A DNA stretch of 64,000 nt from Vezdaea acicularis (GCA_026025075.1 JAPEUI010000046.1:1-64000); one strand, 5' to 3'. Shown: positions 1 through 12,306, counted from the stretch's first letter. Translations and numbers: made by a program. The notes: generated by a model from the sequence alone, not told the origin.

Positions 1-2458
1 TCACGTACACAGGAGTTGCCTGTGGTATGATGGTTGCGACTGTATGCCCTGCTGCGTCTGTTACGTATCCAGGAGCCACTTGAGGCAATACAGTAGCAAT
101 GGTATGGCCGGCTGCATCCGTATAATATATAGGGCTAGCTTGTGCTCTGACTGTTGCGACCGTCTGGCCAGCAGCATTCGTAACAAAGGCAGGTCCCACC
201 GGTGGAACGACCGTACCCACGGTATGCCCACCGGCATCAGTGACGTAGACTGGTGTGCCTTGAGGAATCTCAGTCGCGATTGTTTGGCCTGCTGCATTTG
301 TAAAGAGAATAACGGGCACAGTATTGCCACCAGCAGCGGCACTGTTCGCTGGCGCGAAACCCGTCGTCTGACCCGCGGCGTTCGTCAGGGCAACAGCAGA
401 TCCGACAATCGCACCACCATTTGAAGCCGATGCAGGTGCTCCTCCAGCCACCGAGACTGGAACGGCTACTGGCAGCGGAGCCGTTGGAGAGGAGCCGCCA
501 TCGGATCCCGCCGTGGGGCTTACAGAGGCAGTCGGGGGTAGATATGGCCCTGTGTTAGTACCTGTGCCGCCAGGATTTCCACTGGAAGAAACCGTCGGGG
601 GCAAATATGGTCCCGTATCGGTACCAGTGCCACCGAGATGCGCACTAGTTGACACTGTCGGAGGCAAGTACGGGCCCGTATCGGTACCGGTGGGTTTGAC
701 ACTCGGGGATGCTGTCGGCGGCAGATATGCTCCAGGACTTGTGGGCTCAACACTGGAGTATGATACCGTCGGCGACAGATATCCTCCGGGACTTGTCGAC
801 GAGAGGACACTGGGGGACTCCTTGGGTGGGACACTCGGGGATACTGTCGGCGGCAGATATGCCCCAGGACTTGTGGGTTCGACACTTGTGGATGATACCG
901 TCGGCGACAGATACCCCCCGGGACTTGTAGAGGCTGTGGGCTTAGCACTCGGGGAAACAGTCGGTGGTAAATACGGGCCCGTATCGGTACCTGTGGGGGG
1001 CTTAACACTCGGGGAGACGGTTGGTGGTAAGTACGCGCCCGTAGCAGTGCCCGAAGACTTGACACTGGGTGATACAGTCGGCGGCAGATATGCTCCGGGA
1101 CTTGTGGGCTCGACGCTTGTGGTCGATACCGTCGGCGGCAGATAGGCTCCGGGACTTGTGGGCTCGACGCTTGTGGTCGATACCGTCGGCGGCAGATACC
1201 CTCCCGGACTTGTAGAAGATGGGATAATACTGGGGGACACTTTAGGCGAGCCAGCAGGAATTACGGTTGGTGGGAGACCATCTCCTTGAGAAGGGTGTGA
1301 GGTACCGCCTTGAGGCTGAGGCGCGGGGGTCGGAGTCGGGGTCGGAGTCGGGGTTGGAGCAGGAGTTGGAGCAGGAGTTGGAGCAGGAGTTGGAGAAGGG
1401 CTCGGATCTGACGGTTTAGGTTTAGGGCTAGGTGAAACGGTAGGCGGCAAATATCCACCCGAGCTTGTACTTTCGGTTCTTATGGTTCCCGGAGAAGGGG
1501 TGGGCGAATGCGACTGTTCCGCAACGGCCGGCTGAGGCGATGGAGACACATTCGCCGGAAGATAACCTCCCGCCGATGTCGTAGGGACCACTGTTGGTGT
1601 GAGATACTCGCTGTGTGTTTGTGTCCCTGTCTGAGCGGGTGTAGGAGAAGATGAGAGTGTTGGCGATAGGTAGAGTGAAGGGTTCACAAAAGCATCGTTT
1701 TGGGCCACTGAAGAAGCTAGAACGGCGTTTGTCACGGCCGTTGGCGGAGGAGAATCACTCGGCGCCGTCGGAGATGATTTCGCGGCCGGCGGCGGTGCCG
1801 AAGTCGGTGGGGGATCATTACTTGACTGGACCGTGGGAGGCAGGTAAGCACCGGCTGTAGTTGCAACTAAAGTCGTCGACAATGCTGAGGGGGGTGGCGA
1901 TTGAGTATGAGTATCGGGGCCGGCATTTGTGGTCGGCGCCTTTGTATTGGTCTCTGGTGGCGGACTTGATGTAGGCGGGGGGTTTGATAAAGAGACGGCT
2001 GCAGCCGTGTTCGAGGTAGGAGGTATGCTCGTCGTGCTGGGAGGGTTGCTTGAAGGAGTCGAGCCAAGATAAGCACTCGTAGTGGGCACCTGGTAGGCTC
2101 GTTTCGTCACATTGTTCTTCCCCAGCTCGTCAAAGCCCACCGACGGTAAGGCGTGTACCGCGATTTCCACCAGGGCAAGAAGCACCACCGTCACGACGAA
2201 GAGTACGATCAATACCGGCGTTTGTGTGGCGAATGGCTTGTAAAACTTCTTCGGCCTATCTGAACGTATCGGTGGAGCTTTCACCGGCCCTGGACGAGAG
2301 ATGGTCAGTGGACTTGCGCGCCAGGACTCGCTGGAGGCCACAGGGAATTGCAAGGTGGGAGACTTACTGCTTTCCGATGAATCTGAACGACCGGGTGGCC
2401 CGTAGAACTCCTGCTGGCGATGCTGAGGCAAATACGAATATTGGCTCTCCGTCACCAT
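1..2458 (-). CDS. Membrane protein with long Pro/Ser/Thr-rich repeat region, DUF3433-like (3' end lies outside the window)
   Basis: ATG at 2458 (ccaccATGg), GT-AG intron 2290-2367 with CTGAC branch point. Spliced N-terminus MVTESQYSYLPQ...KKFYKPFATQTPVLIVLFVVTVVLLALVEIAVHALP (hydrophobic helix), then PST-rich sequence with EPTSPGAYLPPTV repeats and TDAAGHTVAT-type units. The frame was open in every segment I translated down to base 1. DUF3433 similarity is from memory of the YKP...TM...LE motif. Confidence 0.75.
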   Translation of the reverse strand, partial: MVTESQYSYLPQHRQQEFYGPPGRSDSSESSKSPTLQFPVASSESWRASPLTISRPGPVKAPPIRSDRPKKFYKPFATQTPVLIVLFVVTVVLLALVEIAVHALPSVGFDELGKNNVTKRAYQVPTTSAYLGSTPSSNPPSTTSIPPTSNTAAAVSLSNPPPTSSPPPETNTKAPTTNAGPDTHTQSPPPSALSTTLVATTAGAYLPPTVQSSNDPPPTSAPPPAAKSSPTAPSDSPPPTAVTNAVLASSVAQNDAFVNPSLYLSPTLSSSPTPAQTGTQTHSEYLTPTVVPTTSAGGYLPANVSPSPQPAVAEQSHSPTPSPGTIRTESTSSGGYLPPTVSPSPKPKPSDPSPSPTPAPTPAPTPAPTPTPTPTPTPAPQPQGGTSHPSQGDGLPPTVIPAGSPKVSPSIIPSSTSPGGYLPPTVSTTSVEPTSPGAYLPPTVSTTSVEPTSPGAYLPPTVSPSVKSSGTATGAYLPPTVSPSVKPPTGTDTGPYLPPTVSPSAKPTASTSPGGYLSPTVSSTSVEPTSPGAYLPPTVSPSVPPKESPSVLSSTSPGGYLSPTVSYSSVEPTSPGAYLPPTASPSVKPTGTDTGPYLPPTVSTSAHLGGTGTDTGPYLPPTVSSSGNPGGTGTNTGPYLPPTASVSPTAGSDGGSSPTAPLPVAVPVSVAGGAPASASNGGAIVGSAVALTNAAGQTTGFAPANSAAAGGNTVPVILFTNAAGQTIATEIPQGTPVYVTDAGGHTVGTVVPPVGPAFVTNAAGQTVATVRAQASPIYYTDAAGHTIATVLPQVAPGYVTDAAGHTVATIIPQATPVYV
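520..1220 (-). repeat. Coding minisatellite, about 12 units of roughly 54-78 bp encoding G[A/G/P]YL[P/S]PTV
   Basis: Recurring gataccgtcggcggcagata...ggacttgt units; near-identical 54-bp copies around 1070-1215. Confidence 0.9.
1326..1397 (-). repeat. Coding (PTPA)n/(PT)n repeat
   Basis: 12-bp ggagcaggagtt and ggggtcggagtc tandem units. Confidence 0.85.
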
Positions 2459-4192
2459 GGTGGGTGGAATATCAATCACACCATGCGCGGGTTCGCACGA
2501 TGGGGAGGAGAGGGAGCGTGAAGCAGAGAGGTTGGATTCCACGGATTAGGCATCGGCGGAGGGTATATGGGGAGGAGGAGGAGACGTCGGACCGAGGGAG
2601 AAAATGTGCAGATATCCGTTCTCGCGGCGGTGGCTCGAGGGACGAATTAGGATCAGCGCCGAAGCTGGGGGGGAGCTTGTGAAGACCCAAAGGAGCGGAT
2701 GCAGCGAGGGGGAGGGGCCCGGCGCAAAAAGGTCGTCCGGCAGGTGCGAACGGGGGGGCACGGCGGTGGCAGGGCAGGAAAGGAAGTCGCGACCCTCAGA
2801 AGGAAGAGGGCAAGTGCAGACGCAGGAGCCTGAGGGAGCGCGCACTGATTGGTAGGGCAGATGCCGTCTCGTTGATTGCTGTGGCTTGAGGCCGATGCCA
2901 AGCCAGCCAGTCCGGCCCTGCGACAGATCCACCAGAGAGGCTCGTGATGGAGGGGAGGGGAGGGGAGGACAGGACAGGACAGGGCGGCGCAGCGCTGCGG
3001 CCATCCAAGCGCGAGGGAAGGGGGTGAAGGGAATGGATGGGCACTGGCACCATTGACGGCGTGCGACGGCGTGCGACAGAGACCGTGGCCTGGCCAGAAA
3101 GCTGAAAGGGCAAAGAGGGACAGGCTCTCGGCTACTGTAGCTCGACCTTAGCGGGCAAGGGAAGTTCCGGGGCAGCAGGCCTCGGCGAGCCAATAGGCGG
3201 GCAGCAGCCGAGACCGCATGGACGCTAAGCGTGTTTATTTTTAGCCCCTGGAATCAGCCTTGCAACGACTCTGCACATGAAACACTCGCACGACCAAGGG
3301 CGAGGGGCGGATGTCGTGGCACCATGACCGACGATTGGCAGCGTCGAGCTCGTCGTCGGAGATGACTGCTGCTTCCTCGCGTTCCCCTTAACCATGATTC
3401 AATTGGATCAGACTTCTCTTTCTCGACGGCAGGGCAGGCCGAACATGTATCGACTGGGAAGTGCGCGGCAATCGACTTCAACCGTGGCACCAACCCGATT
3501 TAGTCATTCCGATCCCATCTGAGATAACCGGACTGGCCCTTTCGAAACGCCATGACCGCCCAGGATGCAGTCATACTTTCTGGCATCATCATCATCATCG
3601 CACTCGGAGCAATGACTCCACATCCCAGGAAGTCGGCCGAGGCAAGGGCTGCATGGACGTGAGTATCAACACAGTCCTCGATCCTTCAGGGGCCAAGACG
3701 GACATCCCCGTAACAGCTCACGCGAACAACGTTCGATCTCACGGCCATTCCCGAGCATCACGGAGGCCTTACTGGCGGGACGCGTCAGGACATAAAAAGA
3801 CTTGCGTGCCAAGCAAAAAGCAGCTATGAGCAAGGTACACGTACACGACCGCGCCCGCGGGGAATGCGTGGACGGATCCAGGGAAGTGTCATGGACAACA
3901 TCATCAGCACCTTTGCTCAGGCGAGCGCGGTGCCTGCGCCGAGCGCCGGGATGTAACCTCGCTACGGTGACAGCCAGACATGCGCCCATGCCGCGAGCCA
4001 TGAGCAAGCTTAATCTATTCCTGCTGCATCAGAAGATGGCAGATACGAGGCGTGGGTGAGAGCTTGGCGAGTGAAGAATCCGATATCATGTGTGACTCCA
4101 CTCCCTGTCATTCTAAAACTGATCGCGCCCTCGAATGGCCTTCATCGCGGCTCGTTCGAGCGCTTCTCACGTACCTTCAACCGTGAACTATG

Positions 4193-6201
4193 TTATGTGA
4201 CATGAGATGACCGTGCCCGGAATGATCGCAGCGGGTCCATTTTTCGACCCATGAGCTTTCTACCTTTGCCTCTGCTCCGCTCGTTGCCACGGTTCTTCCT
4301 CGTCTTATTCTCCTGAGGCCGTCCCAGTCCAACAAAGCCAAGATCGCCGACCGCGGATTTCTTCCTCCCTTCCCCGGGCAGAAGATAATCCGGTACATGC
4401 TTCAGATGTGACTGGATTCTTGCTGTTCTCAATTCGCCATCGTGCCTTAGATGGTGCAGGTCCCCGGGATTCTCTTCGAAATGTCGTTTCAGTTTCTCAC
4501 TCTTCAGCAGCTCTTGCCGGAGCTCTCTCGTCCTCGCCTCTCGGATTACGACTCTGGTCACCGCCCGCAATGCATCACCCATTCGGTAGCGGAAGGCGTC
4601 CAACTGCTTCATGTCAAAGTCATAAGGCTTAACCTCTTTCCCTTTCTTTGCCTGGTGTTTTGTAATTTTCTCCAAGACCTCCTCATCGTGCTTCGTCGTC
4701 GGAAATGAGGTTGGTTTATGCTTTCGATATAAGGTCTTAGGAATGACAAATGAGAGCGCCATTCCGGTGTTGCCAGCACGTGCGGTCCTCCCAATTCGGT
4801 GAGTATATGACTTAGACGTTGTAGGGAGGTCGAAATTCAGTACGCAAGCGACGTTTTTGAAATCAATGCCTCTAGAAATTCCATACTCCTTGTCCTTCTT
4901 GGCTATCTTTCGCCTCTTCTTGGCGAGCCCACCACTCTTCGGATTTATGACTTCCTCTCCAGCTTGACTAGCGACTGATTTTGCCGAAGCTTCGGGCTCC
5001 CCAGCAGGCTTTTCTGTATCATCTTCATCTTCATCTCCAAGAATCTCATGCTCATCGGTGGCGACAATGATGTCGTAGACGTTCTTGTTAAACTCTTCCA
5101 CGATATGTATCCTAGAATTGACGGGAAGCTCTGAGTTCAAAACGCAGCTTTTGATCCCGAATTGCTCCAGATAGAGCTTGACCCGGTAGCAGCGGTCTAT
5201 GTCTCCAACAAAGACGATACATTTGCCTTTGATCAGCTTAAGCTTGAAAATGACGTAAAGGAGGAGGAACTTTTCGTCTTCGGCACATCTGAACAAAATT
5301 TAGCTAGTAGCTTTTGCAAGATATATCAAGAAGTGTGATGACTATACGTACTTGACAATGTACTGAGTAACACCTTGTCCTTCTTCCTCCCCCTCCTCTA
5401 GTTTTAAGGTGACAGGGGACCGGCAGAAAAGACCTTTCAGCGTATCCACCTCGGTTGTCAATGTCGCACTCATGAGAAATGTCTGCACATTCTTAGGAAT
5501 TGACTTCGCGACGCTTTGCAAATCGTCTTCGTAGCCGTACGAGAGAACCAAGTCAGCCTCATCAATAACAAGATGGGAGAGTTTTTCAAGTAATAAAGCT
5601 GCATTGTTCAAATTCAAAACCGCCCGAGCTGGAGTTGTGATTATTATATCCGGCTGGTCAGCCAGAAGCGAGCGCTGAACAGCCTCCGAGACTTTCTTGG
5701 TGAGGTTGACTGCTCTGACATCTCTTGCGCAGAATGCAGAGAATGTCTCGACGGCTTTTGTTACCTGCTCAGCCAGCTCGCGCGTCGGTACTAGTATGAG
5801 AGCAGATATAACTCTTTCATGTGAGGTAGCCTAAAGAGTTTTAGCACCATTACTTTGCCGCTGCTCGATTGACATACTGCTTTTTTCCGCAAGATCGATT
5901 GAAGAATCGGTAAGAGGTATGCAGCAGTCTTGCCAGACCCTGTCTTTGCTCGAGCTATGCACGTATTAGCCCAATAAATATAATTGAACATCAAACCATC
6001 TGTAGTACCTAAAATGTCCTTCCCCTCCAATGCCAACGGTATAGCCTTTTCCTGAACCAGCGTAGGTTTCGAGAACTTCTCCTTTGAGATACTTTGCAGT
6101 AACCTCGGGTCTAACCCGAAGGCAGCAAATGAGCCAGTACCGTCGAGAGCGTTCGGCGCCACCTCTGAAGGAACGTCTTCTTCGTTGAGTTTTCTTTTCA
6201 T
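4193..6201 (-). CDS. DBP9: ATP-dependent DEAD-box RNA helicase DBP9/DDX56 (3 introns)
   Basis: MKRKL start, Q motif ([10 protein letters not shown]), [50 protein letters not shown]-terminus. Confidence 0.95.
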
Positions 6202-6614
6202 GGTCGACAAAGTGCATCAACATGCTCGTAAGAGAATACGAGGGTTAAGAAGGATGTTTTTCCCGGGTTGGCGAAGGCGGTGAGAGAAATTCCCGACAAA
6301 TTTCGAGCCACCGTGCGGCAGAACGCTTCAAGGTGATTGTTCGCCCGGCGTTTGCATACTAGCTAAATTTTTGGTATCAAGGGATTCTTTGCCATTTCTA
6401 TTACCTTATTCATTGTATGGTAATTGGACTTTTGCCGTTGCAGCTTATACTAATCCATTGATGCAACGACGCACCCCCGTGCCCTCAGTTGGCCTCGCTT
6501 CCTGACAGCCAGTGTGGCGGTGGGGCCTCGTAAATGTGTCCTACAGATGTGTGTGCTTAAGGCCTCGAGCCTTGCATATTTCCGCAAGCAGAGAACATTC
6601 TGAGCTTGACGGTC

Positions 6615-9413
6615 ATGGCTACGGAAGAGAAGTCTGGCTTACTTGATCTGGAGAAGGAACTGACGTGTGCTGTAAGTAAACGTCTAACCACTTCCAAGTC
6701 CGCGCTGCGCCGCTTGGCGTAACTCGACTATGCCCTCGTTTCTTGAATGTGTCCTGAAACTATGTACATGTAACGAGATGCAGTATTTGGCTTTTACTGA
6801 CTTGCTCAGATCTGCACAGAAATTCTGTATCAACCTCTTACATTGCTAAATTGCCTGCACACGTTCTGCGGTTCATGTCTCAAGGAGTGGTTCTCATGGC
6901 AGGCCACCGCCGCTGCCTCCTCGGGGGCAACTGACAAGACCCCTTATAACTGCCCGTCATGTCGGGAAGTTGTTATTGGAACGAAGCACAATGCGACGGT
7001 TACTACTCTGCTGGATATGTTCATGCGCGCGAACCCTGACAAAGGAAGGAGTGAAGAAGAGAAGGCTGATATCGCTAAGAGGTATAAGTCAGGAGATGAT
7101 GTTCTGCCCAAGTTTAGAAAGAGGGAGATGACGGCCGAGGAAGAGAATGACAGAAGGCTTCTACAGGAGGTGGCAGATTTGAGTCTCAGGGAAGTAGGTA
7201 TTCCGGGCAACAGCGACAGACTGGATGTGCGGGACAGGCGGCGAGGCCAACGGTCGAGAGACCAAAGTAGGGAGAGTCGACAGGTTCAGGGAGGGCCAGA
7301 GAGTAGACAGAGAAGGCATAGGGAAGAAGATCGAAGTAGACGTCGGGACGAGTCTCGCAATACTTCGTCAAGAGCCGCAAATGAGGGGCAACCGCCCTCG
7401 CGTCCTCGGGCTGCAGCGCGACAGATTGAACATCAATCCAGCCTTCGGTCTCTGATTAGCACGTCCGACGTTGAGTCTTCGGAGATGGAAGAAGAGATAG
7501 TGCGGCAGATTCTAGAGGAGGGACTCCTAAATGGCATTGACGTCGAGAATATGAGCGTTGCGCAAGCCGATGAGCTCAGCGAGAGGATAGCTGAGGCGTA
7601 TAGAAGGAGGCAGAGAGAAGTTGCAGCTGCACATACCCCAAGCAACCCCAGCATCACATCGAGGCCTGTAATACAGCCATCTAGCAGTGATCGGCCGAGG
7701 CATAGAGCTCATTCAAGGGCTCATAGCGCAGCAACCCGAGTCGCTGACCTTGCACGGACGACTTCTGAACAAGGGACGCTTGCTATTGGACCACCTTTCG
7801 AACAGCGTGCGAGGAGGCTGTCAAGCAATGCAAGAGTCGAGGCAGCCCGAACACCAAGCAGCCCGAAGAGGCCATCTGTGGAAGTTGGGGTTGGAAAGCC
7901 AGCGGGCCGAGCGTCTACTGAGCCCACCGACAAACTACGATCCTCTAATGCGCCATCACGAAATACGTCTCTCCCCCTTTCTGATTCAGTGTCAAGGGGG
8001 ACCGAACCAGAGCAGAGGCGCGCACCCGACCTCCCACGGACCAATGTCCAGGTTGATGCTTCTACATCGCAATCACCGCAGACAAGCCTATCTCCTCGCT
8101 CGTCGTCACAACTGGAGCCAGGAGCCGAGAGGCCTTCTGTTAGTTCCCGGCACCACTCGCCATCTTCATCCGCCTCTCGACCTCGCGCAACACTCTATCC
8201 CGAACCCTCGATCGACTGCGACAGATGCGGTAAGAAACATATTGAGTATGAACTTCACACATTCTGCTCCAAATGTAACAATGGCGAATACCACCTTTGC
8301 CTCAGCTGCTACCGTCAAGGCCGCGGCTGTCTCTACTGGCTAGGATTCGGAGACGCCGCATGGCGTCGATACGAGAGCGAGAATCCTAAGGGCCCTCCTC
8401 CGCACTACCTCGAAGGCCACCGCTACCTCCGTCCCAGCAACCCCCTCGTTCCACCGCCCAGCAACGACATCACCAAAAGACCCCTCTCGAGCGAAGACCC
8501 AGCCAAGCGCCTCCAAGCCGGCTTATTCTGCGACAACTGCCTCGAACACGCTAACGCCTGCTTCTGGAAGTGCTCCGTCTGCAACGAAGGCGAATGGGGC
8601 TTCTGCAACCGCTGCCTCAACGAAGGAAGACACTGCACGCACCCTCTCCTCCCCCTCACAAACCTCGGCGGTAGCAGCGGCAGCCAACCCAACGACCGCC
8701 ACAACAACAAAGCAGACACCGCCTCCCCAGCCTCACCCCCCTTCCTTCCCCCGCACTCCTCCCTCCTCCACCCCCCTTCCGTCCCTGCCTCCGACCCACT
8801 CCAACCCCTCACCTTCTCCCCCCCTTGCGCCATCTGCACCTACCCCATCCAGCCCTCCAACACCCGCTTCCACTGCACAACCTGCTCCCACGACACCGCC
8901 TCCGACTACAACATCCACGTGGCGTGCTACCAGCGCCTCGTGCGCCAATCCGTCATCACCGCCCCCAACGGCCCCAAAGGCTGGCGCCGCTGTCCCAACG
9001 GCCACCGCATGGCCACCGTCGGCTTCCAGGACAGCGAACACGGCCAGCTACGTCTTGTCACGCAGGATATAGTCGGCGGGCACGCGCTCGACGGCAAAGA
9101 TGCGCCCGGGAACAGCGAGAAGGCGGCAGCCGCAGCAGCTACTGGTAGTACTCCTAACGCTACTCGTACCGGCACCGACGCTGAAGACGGCGAGACTCAA
9201 ACTTTTCCCCCGGATGGAGGCGCGGGCTGGTGCGTCCGTGCGAAATGGAGTTATTGGCCGCCGGAGGGCGAGCGGGATGAACTCGCCTTCCCGAAGTGGG
9301 CTGAGATCCGCGAGGCTGTGGTTCTTAATGAGGAGTGGATGTGGGGCGTCTATATGGGTGCGAAAGGCGTCTTTTCCAGTCGGTTCGTTAGTAGGATTCG
9401 TGAGGTCAAGTAG
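6615..9413 (+). CDS. RING-finger protein with ZZ-like zinc fingers and C-terminal SH3-like domain (putative E3 ligase)
   Basis: Exon 1 MATEEKSGLLDLEKELTCA, intron 6672-6809, then ICTEILYQPLTLLNCLHTFCGSC...CPSCR (C3HC4 RING). Three Cys clusters (CDRC..CSKC..CLSC; CDNC..CSVC..CNRC; CAIC..CTTC) and an SH3 signature (AKWSY...DELAFPKWAEI...WMWGVYMGAKGVF). Confidence 0.88.
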
Positions 9414-9428
9414 GGATTTCTTCTTGGA

Positions 9429-9507
9429 AGGGGGAAGGGGGAGGGGAGCGAATTTGGGGAGGGGGAAGAGGGAGGGGAGCGAATTTGGGGAGGGGGAAGA
9501 GGGAGGG
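9429..9507 (+). repeat. 31-bp G-rich tandem repeat (about 2.5 copies) just after the stop codon
   Basis: agggggaagagggaggggagcgaatttgggg at 9429, 9460 and partially at 9491. Confidence 0.9.
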
Positions 9508-9756
9508 TTGGCTAGATTATTCTAGGGGGGACTACTTGTGTGGGTATTTAGGGAAGGGGGGGAGGAGTTCAAAGGCTTGGATATCGTGGGGATAAGGAAG
9601 TTTTTTGGAACGCTGCTCGCACTTCATCACTGAAAAGCTGGCTCCCCCGCGTCCATTGCAGTGAATCTCAACACCTCCCCTCTCTCCCCTCCAACTCCAT
9701 ATCCCCACTGCACGCACAAAAAGAGTCAAAAAACTCCAAAACTTCCATTACACGAA

Positions 9757-9809
9757 CCTATCCTATCATGTCCTATCCTATCCTATCATATCCTATCCTG
9801 TCATGTCCT
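9757..9809 (+). repeat. Imperfect (CCTAT)n microsatellite
   Basis: cctatcctatcatgtcctatcctatcctatcatatcctatcctgtcatgtccta. Confidence 0.85.
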
Positions 9810-10340
9810 ACAGAGCCGCATGATCTATCCCCTACCCACCCGTCCACCCGTCCACTTGCCCACTCGTCTACCAGCCAGCCGTCCCGAGGAAAAAATCGAG
9901 GAAGACGAGCAAGAAAGCATATCAAGGAAAAGGACAGGGAAAAAAGAGTAAAGCAGTGCACCATCAAAAGGAAGGAAAAACGGAAGAAAGGAAACGGAAA
10001 GGGGAGAGCGAAACCGAAAGAAATAACACAGCAAGGGAAGCTAGGAAAGGAAGGGGGGGTAAGGTAAATAGCAGCGGAGAGCCCAGGAAAAAGGGGGAGG
10101 GACGTGTTCGGTTTTCCAAGACAAGAGACAAGGGAAGGGAAGGGAAGGGCAGCGCAGTATACGCCAACCCCGTGGCCCCTGGAGAGTTTCATCATCCCTC
10201 ATTTCCTGCCTCCGTGCCTCCTCTCCCCCCCACCTCTCCACCTCCCTATCCCCCTCCCATCCCAGCGCTTCCAACTCCTCCTACATCCTACTTCTCCCAC
10301 CCCATTCTCGCGCGCAACGGACTCAAGGAGCGCAACAACA

Positions 10341-11020
10341 TCAACGCTTCTTAGTCACGGCAGGAGTAGTAGTGGTCGTGGCTTTCTTGCCGTCGGTGCC
10401 GCGGATTTTCTTGGTTCCTGCTGCCTACGCGGTTGAGAAGAGGGGAGAGGTTAGTTTGGATGGTTCTCTTTGTGTGTTTGAAAGGGGGGGAGGGGGGGGT
10501 TGGTGTGGGGGATGTAGGGAAGGGAGGGCCGAGTCTATGAGGGAGGGAAGGGGGCATGGGGATGTCCATCACCACAAACCCAACCAAGCCCCCTAACCCT
10601 CTCCCCTTAATTCCCCCTCACTCCTCTCAAAAGCGCGCCAAAAGAAGAAAAAAATCAACATACCTTCTTCCCCTCCTTCCCCTCCACCGCTCCCTCGGCC
10701 TTAAGCAGAACACCCTTCGCCTTATCCTTCACCCCCGTCTTCCTCTTCTCCACCGTCGTCTTCCCCTTCTTCTCTCCCCCCTTCTCCACCTTAGTAGACT
10801 TTCCCACTCGCCCACTGACCACCTTCTTCGAAGCGGGTTTGCTAGCCGGCGTGCGCGGCTTGGAGGTATTCGCCTTGGCGGTGGCGGAGGCAGAGGGTTT
10901 TTTCTTCGTGGAGCGGGATTTGTTGGCCGAGGTGCCGGTGGTGCTGGTGCTGGTGGTGGCGGGGGGAGTGGGGAAGATCCGGGGACGGCTGTTGCCTGTG
11001 GCGGCGCGGGTTGAGGCCAT
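10341..11020 (-). CDS. Small Lys/Thr/Ala-rich basic protein of unknown function (1 intron)
   Basis: MASTRAATGNSRPRIF...GRVGK...KDKAKGVLLKAEGAVEGKEGKK, GTATGT donor, intron about 10425-10662, second exon AAGTKKIRGTDGKKATTTTPAVTKKR-stop. Confidence 0.8.
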
Positions 11021-11920
11021 GATTATGGAGTGCTAGTGGGGGTGAGAGGGAGAATGAGGTTGGGGATGTGGGTTTGGAGAGGGTAGGCGGGTGAGTTGGC
11101 GGGTGGGTTGGTGTGGAGTGGGATGTAATTGCGCTCCCGAGCGTGAGAGAATCAGTCTCGAAGAGCACTCTCAAGCTCTCTTGAGATATCGCGCGCGAAC
11201 CAAAAGCGTAACAACTTTCCTGAACGAAGCAAGCAGCAAAATACCAGCGCGAGCTTGAAGGGAGAGTCAGCGACGAGACGTTTTCTCTTGCAGGAGTGGT
11301 GGATAGTTGGAGAAAGGGAGGGAGGAAGGACAGAAAGGGTGGAAGCGCGGGCGCAATGTTATGGTCGCGGCCGACAAGGGAAGCGGGAGAAACGACGACG
11401 ACGTGGGAGGGATGCGCCCCCCCAGCAAAAGTGCGTGCGACAGACAGGACAACCCCCCACAAGCGACCGACCACGCGGCCGACGAGCAACAACAAGAGAG
11501 AAAGAACGGAAAGAGAAGAGCAAGCAAGCGCGCAACAGTCTTGCCCTGACTTACCTATTCAGCAATGAAACTCGTCTCTATTCAACACCTCGCGAAGGTT
11601 CAGCAAAGCGAGAATTCTCTGGACGAAGCGTGTATGAGGAAGAGAGACGGGTGGGCGGGAGAGAGTCGGAGAGCGATGTTGTTGGTTTGCACATTGCATG
11701 CCGTCTCGTTGGCACTGCGGCCTGCGGTGGTGGGCTCAGCAGCCGCAAAAGAAAGCGGTCGCCTTACCGAGCGAGCGGGCGTTATCAAAACAACAACAAC
11801 AGACCGAGCCCCCCCCACCACCGAAAAGCACGGACTCGATTGTATGGATGGATGATACAGTAGATAGGGCTAACCGTACAACCGGTTACTCGCGCGGTCG
11901 GTTAAAGCATGGGAGGAGTC

Positions 11921-11940
11921 AGAGAGAGAGAGAGAGAGAG
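11921..11940 (+). repeat. (AG)10 microsatellite
   Basis: Direct reading. Confidence 0.95.
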
Positions 11941-12306
11941 GGAGAGTGAGGCAGAAAAAAGTCTATTGGTACAGACAGAAGGAGATTTTATACTGTGGGG
12001 TAGAAGTTTGGGAAGGGAAAAAAAATATCTAAATGCCAGAAGCCGTTTTCATAAAAACAACCATGGGATATGACCGTCGGGGGTGTGATGCAGAAAAGTC
12101 TAATGCGCGGTTTTCTCTTTTCTCCTCATTTATGTGTGTTCCCCCTGTTTCTTGCCTTTCTTTCCCTCATTATGCAGTTCCATCATGTACAACCATTTTT
12201 CCCGGATCTACAAGGACGTTCGTTCTTTACCAAGGGAAACTCCACCGAAAGCCAGACCGTTGAAACTCCTCCCGGTTTTTCCTTTCGCGTGCGTGTTGGT
12301 TCAGTC

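Noticed and set aside
513..1145. 210-aa plus-strand ORF with TVGGRY repeats
   Set aside because: Antisense shadow of the minus-strand YLPP repeat gene, which has a proper start, intron and TM helix.
9530..12300. Numerous low-complexity ORFs in the track
   Set aside because: Products of purine/pyrimidine tracts lacking stop codons; only the spliced 10341-11020 gene is supported.
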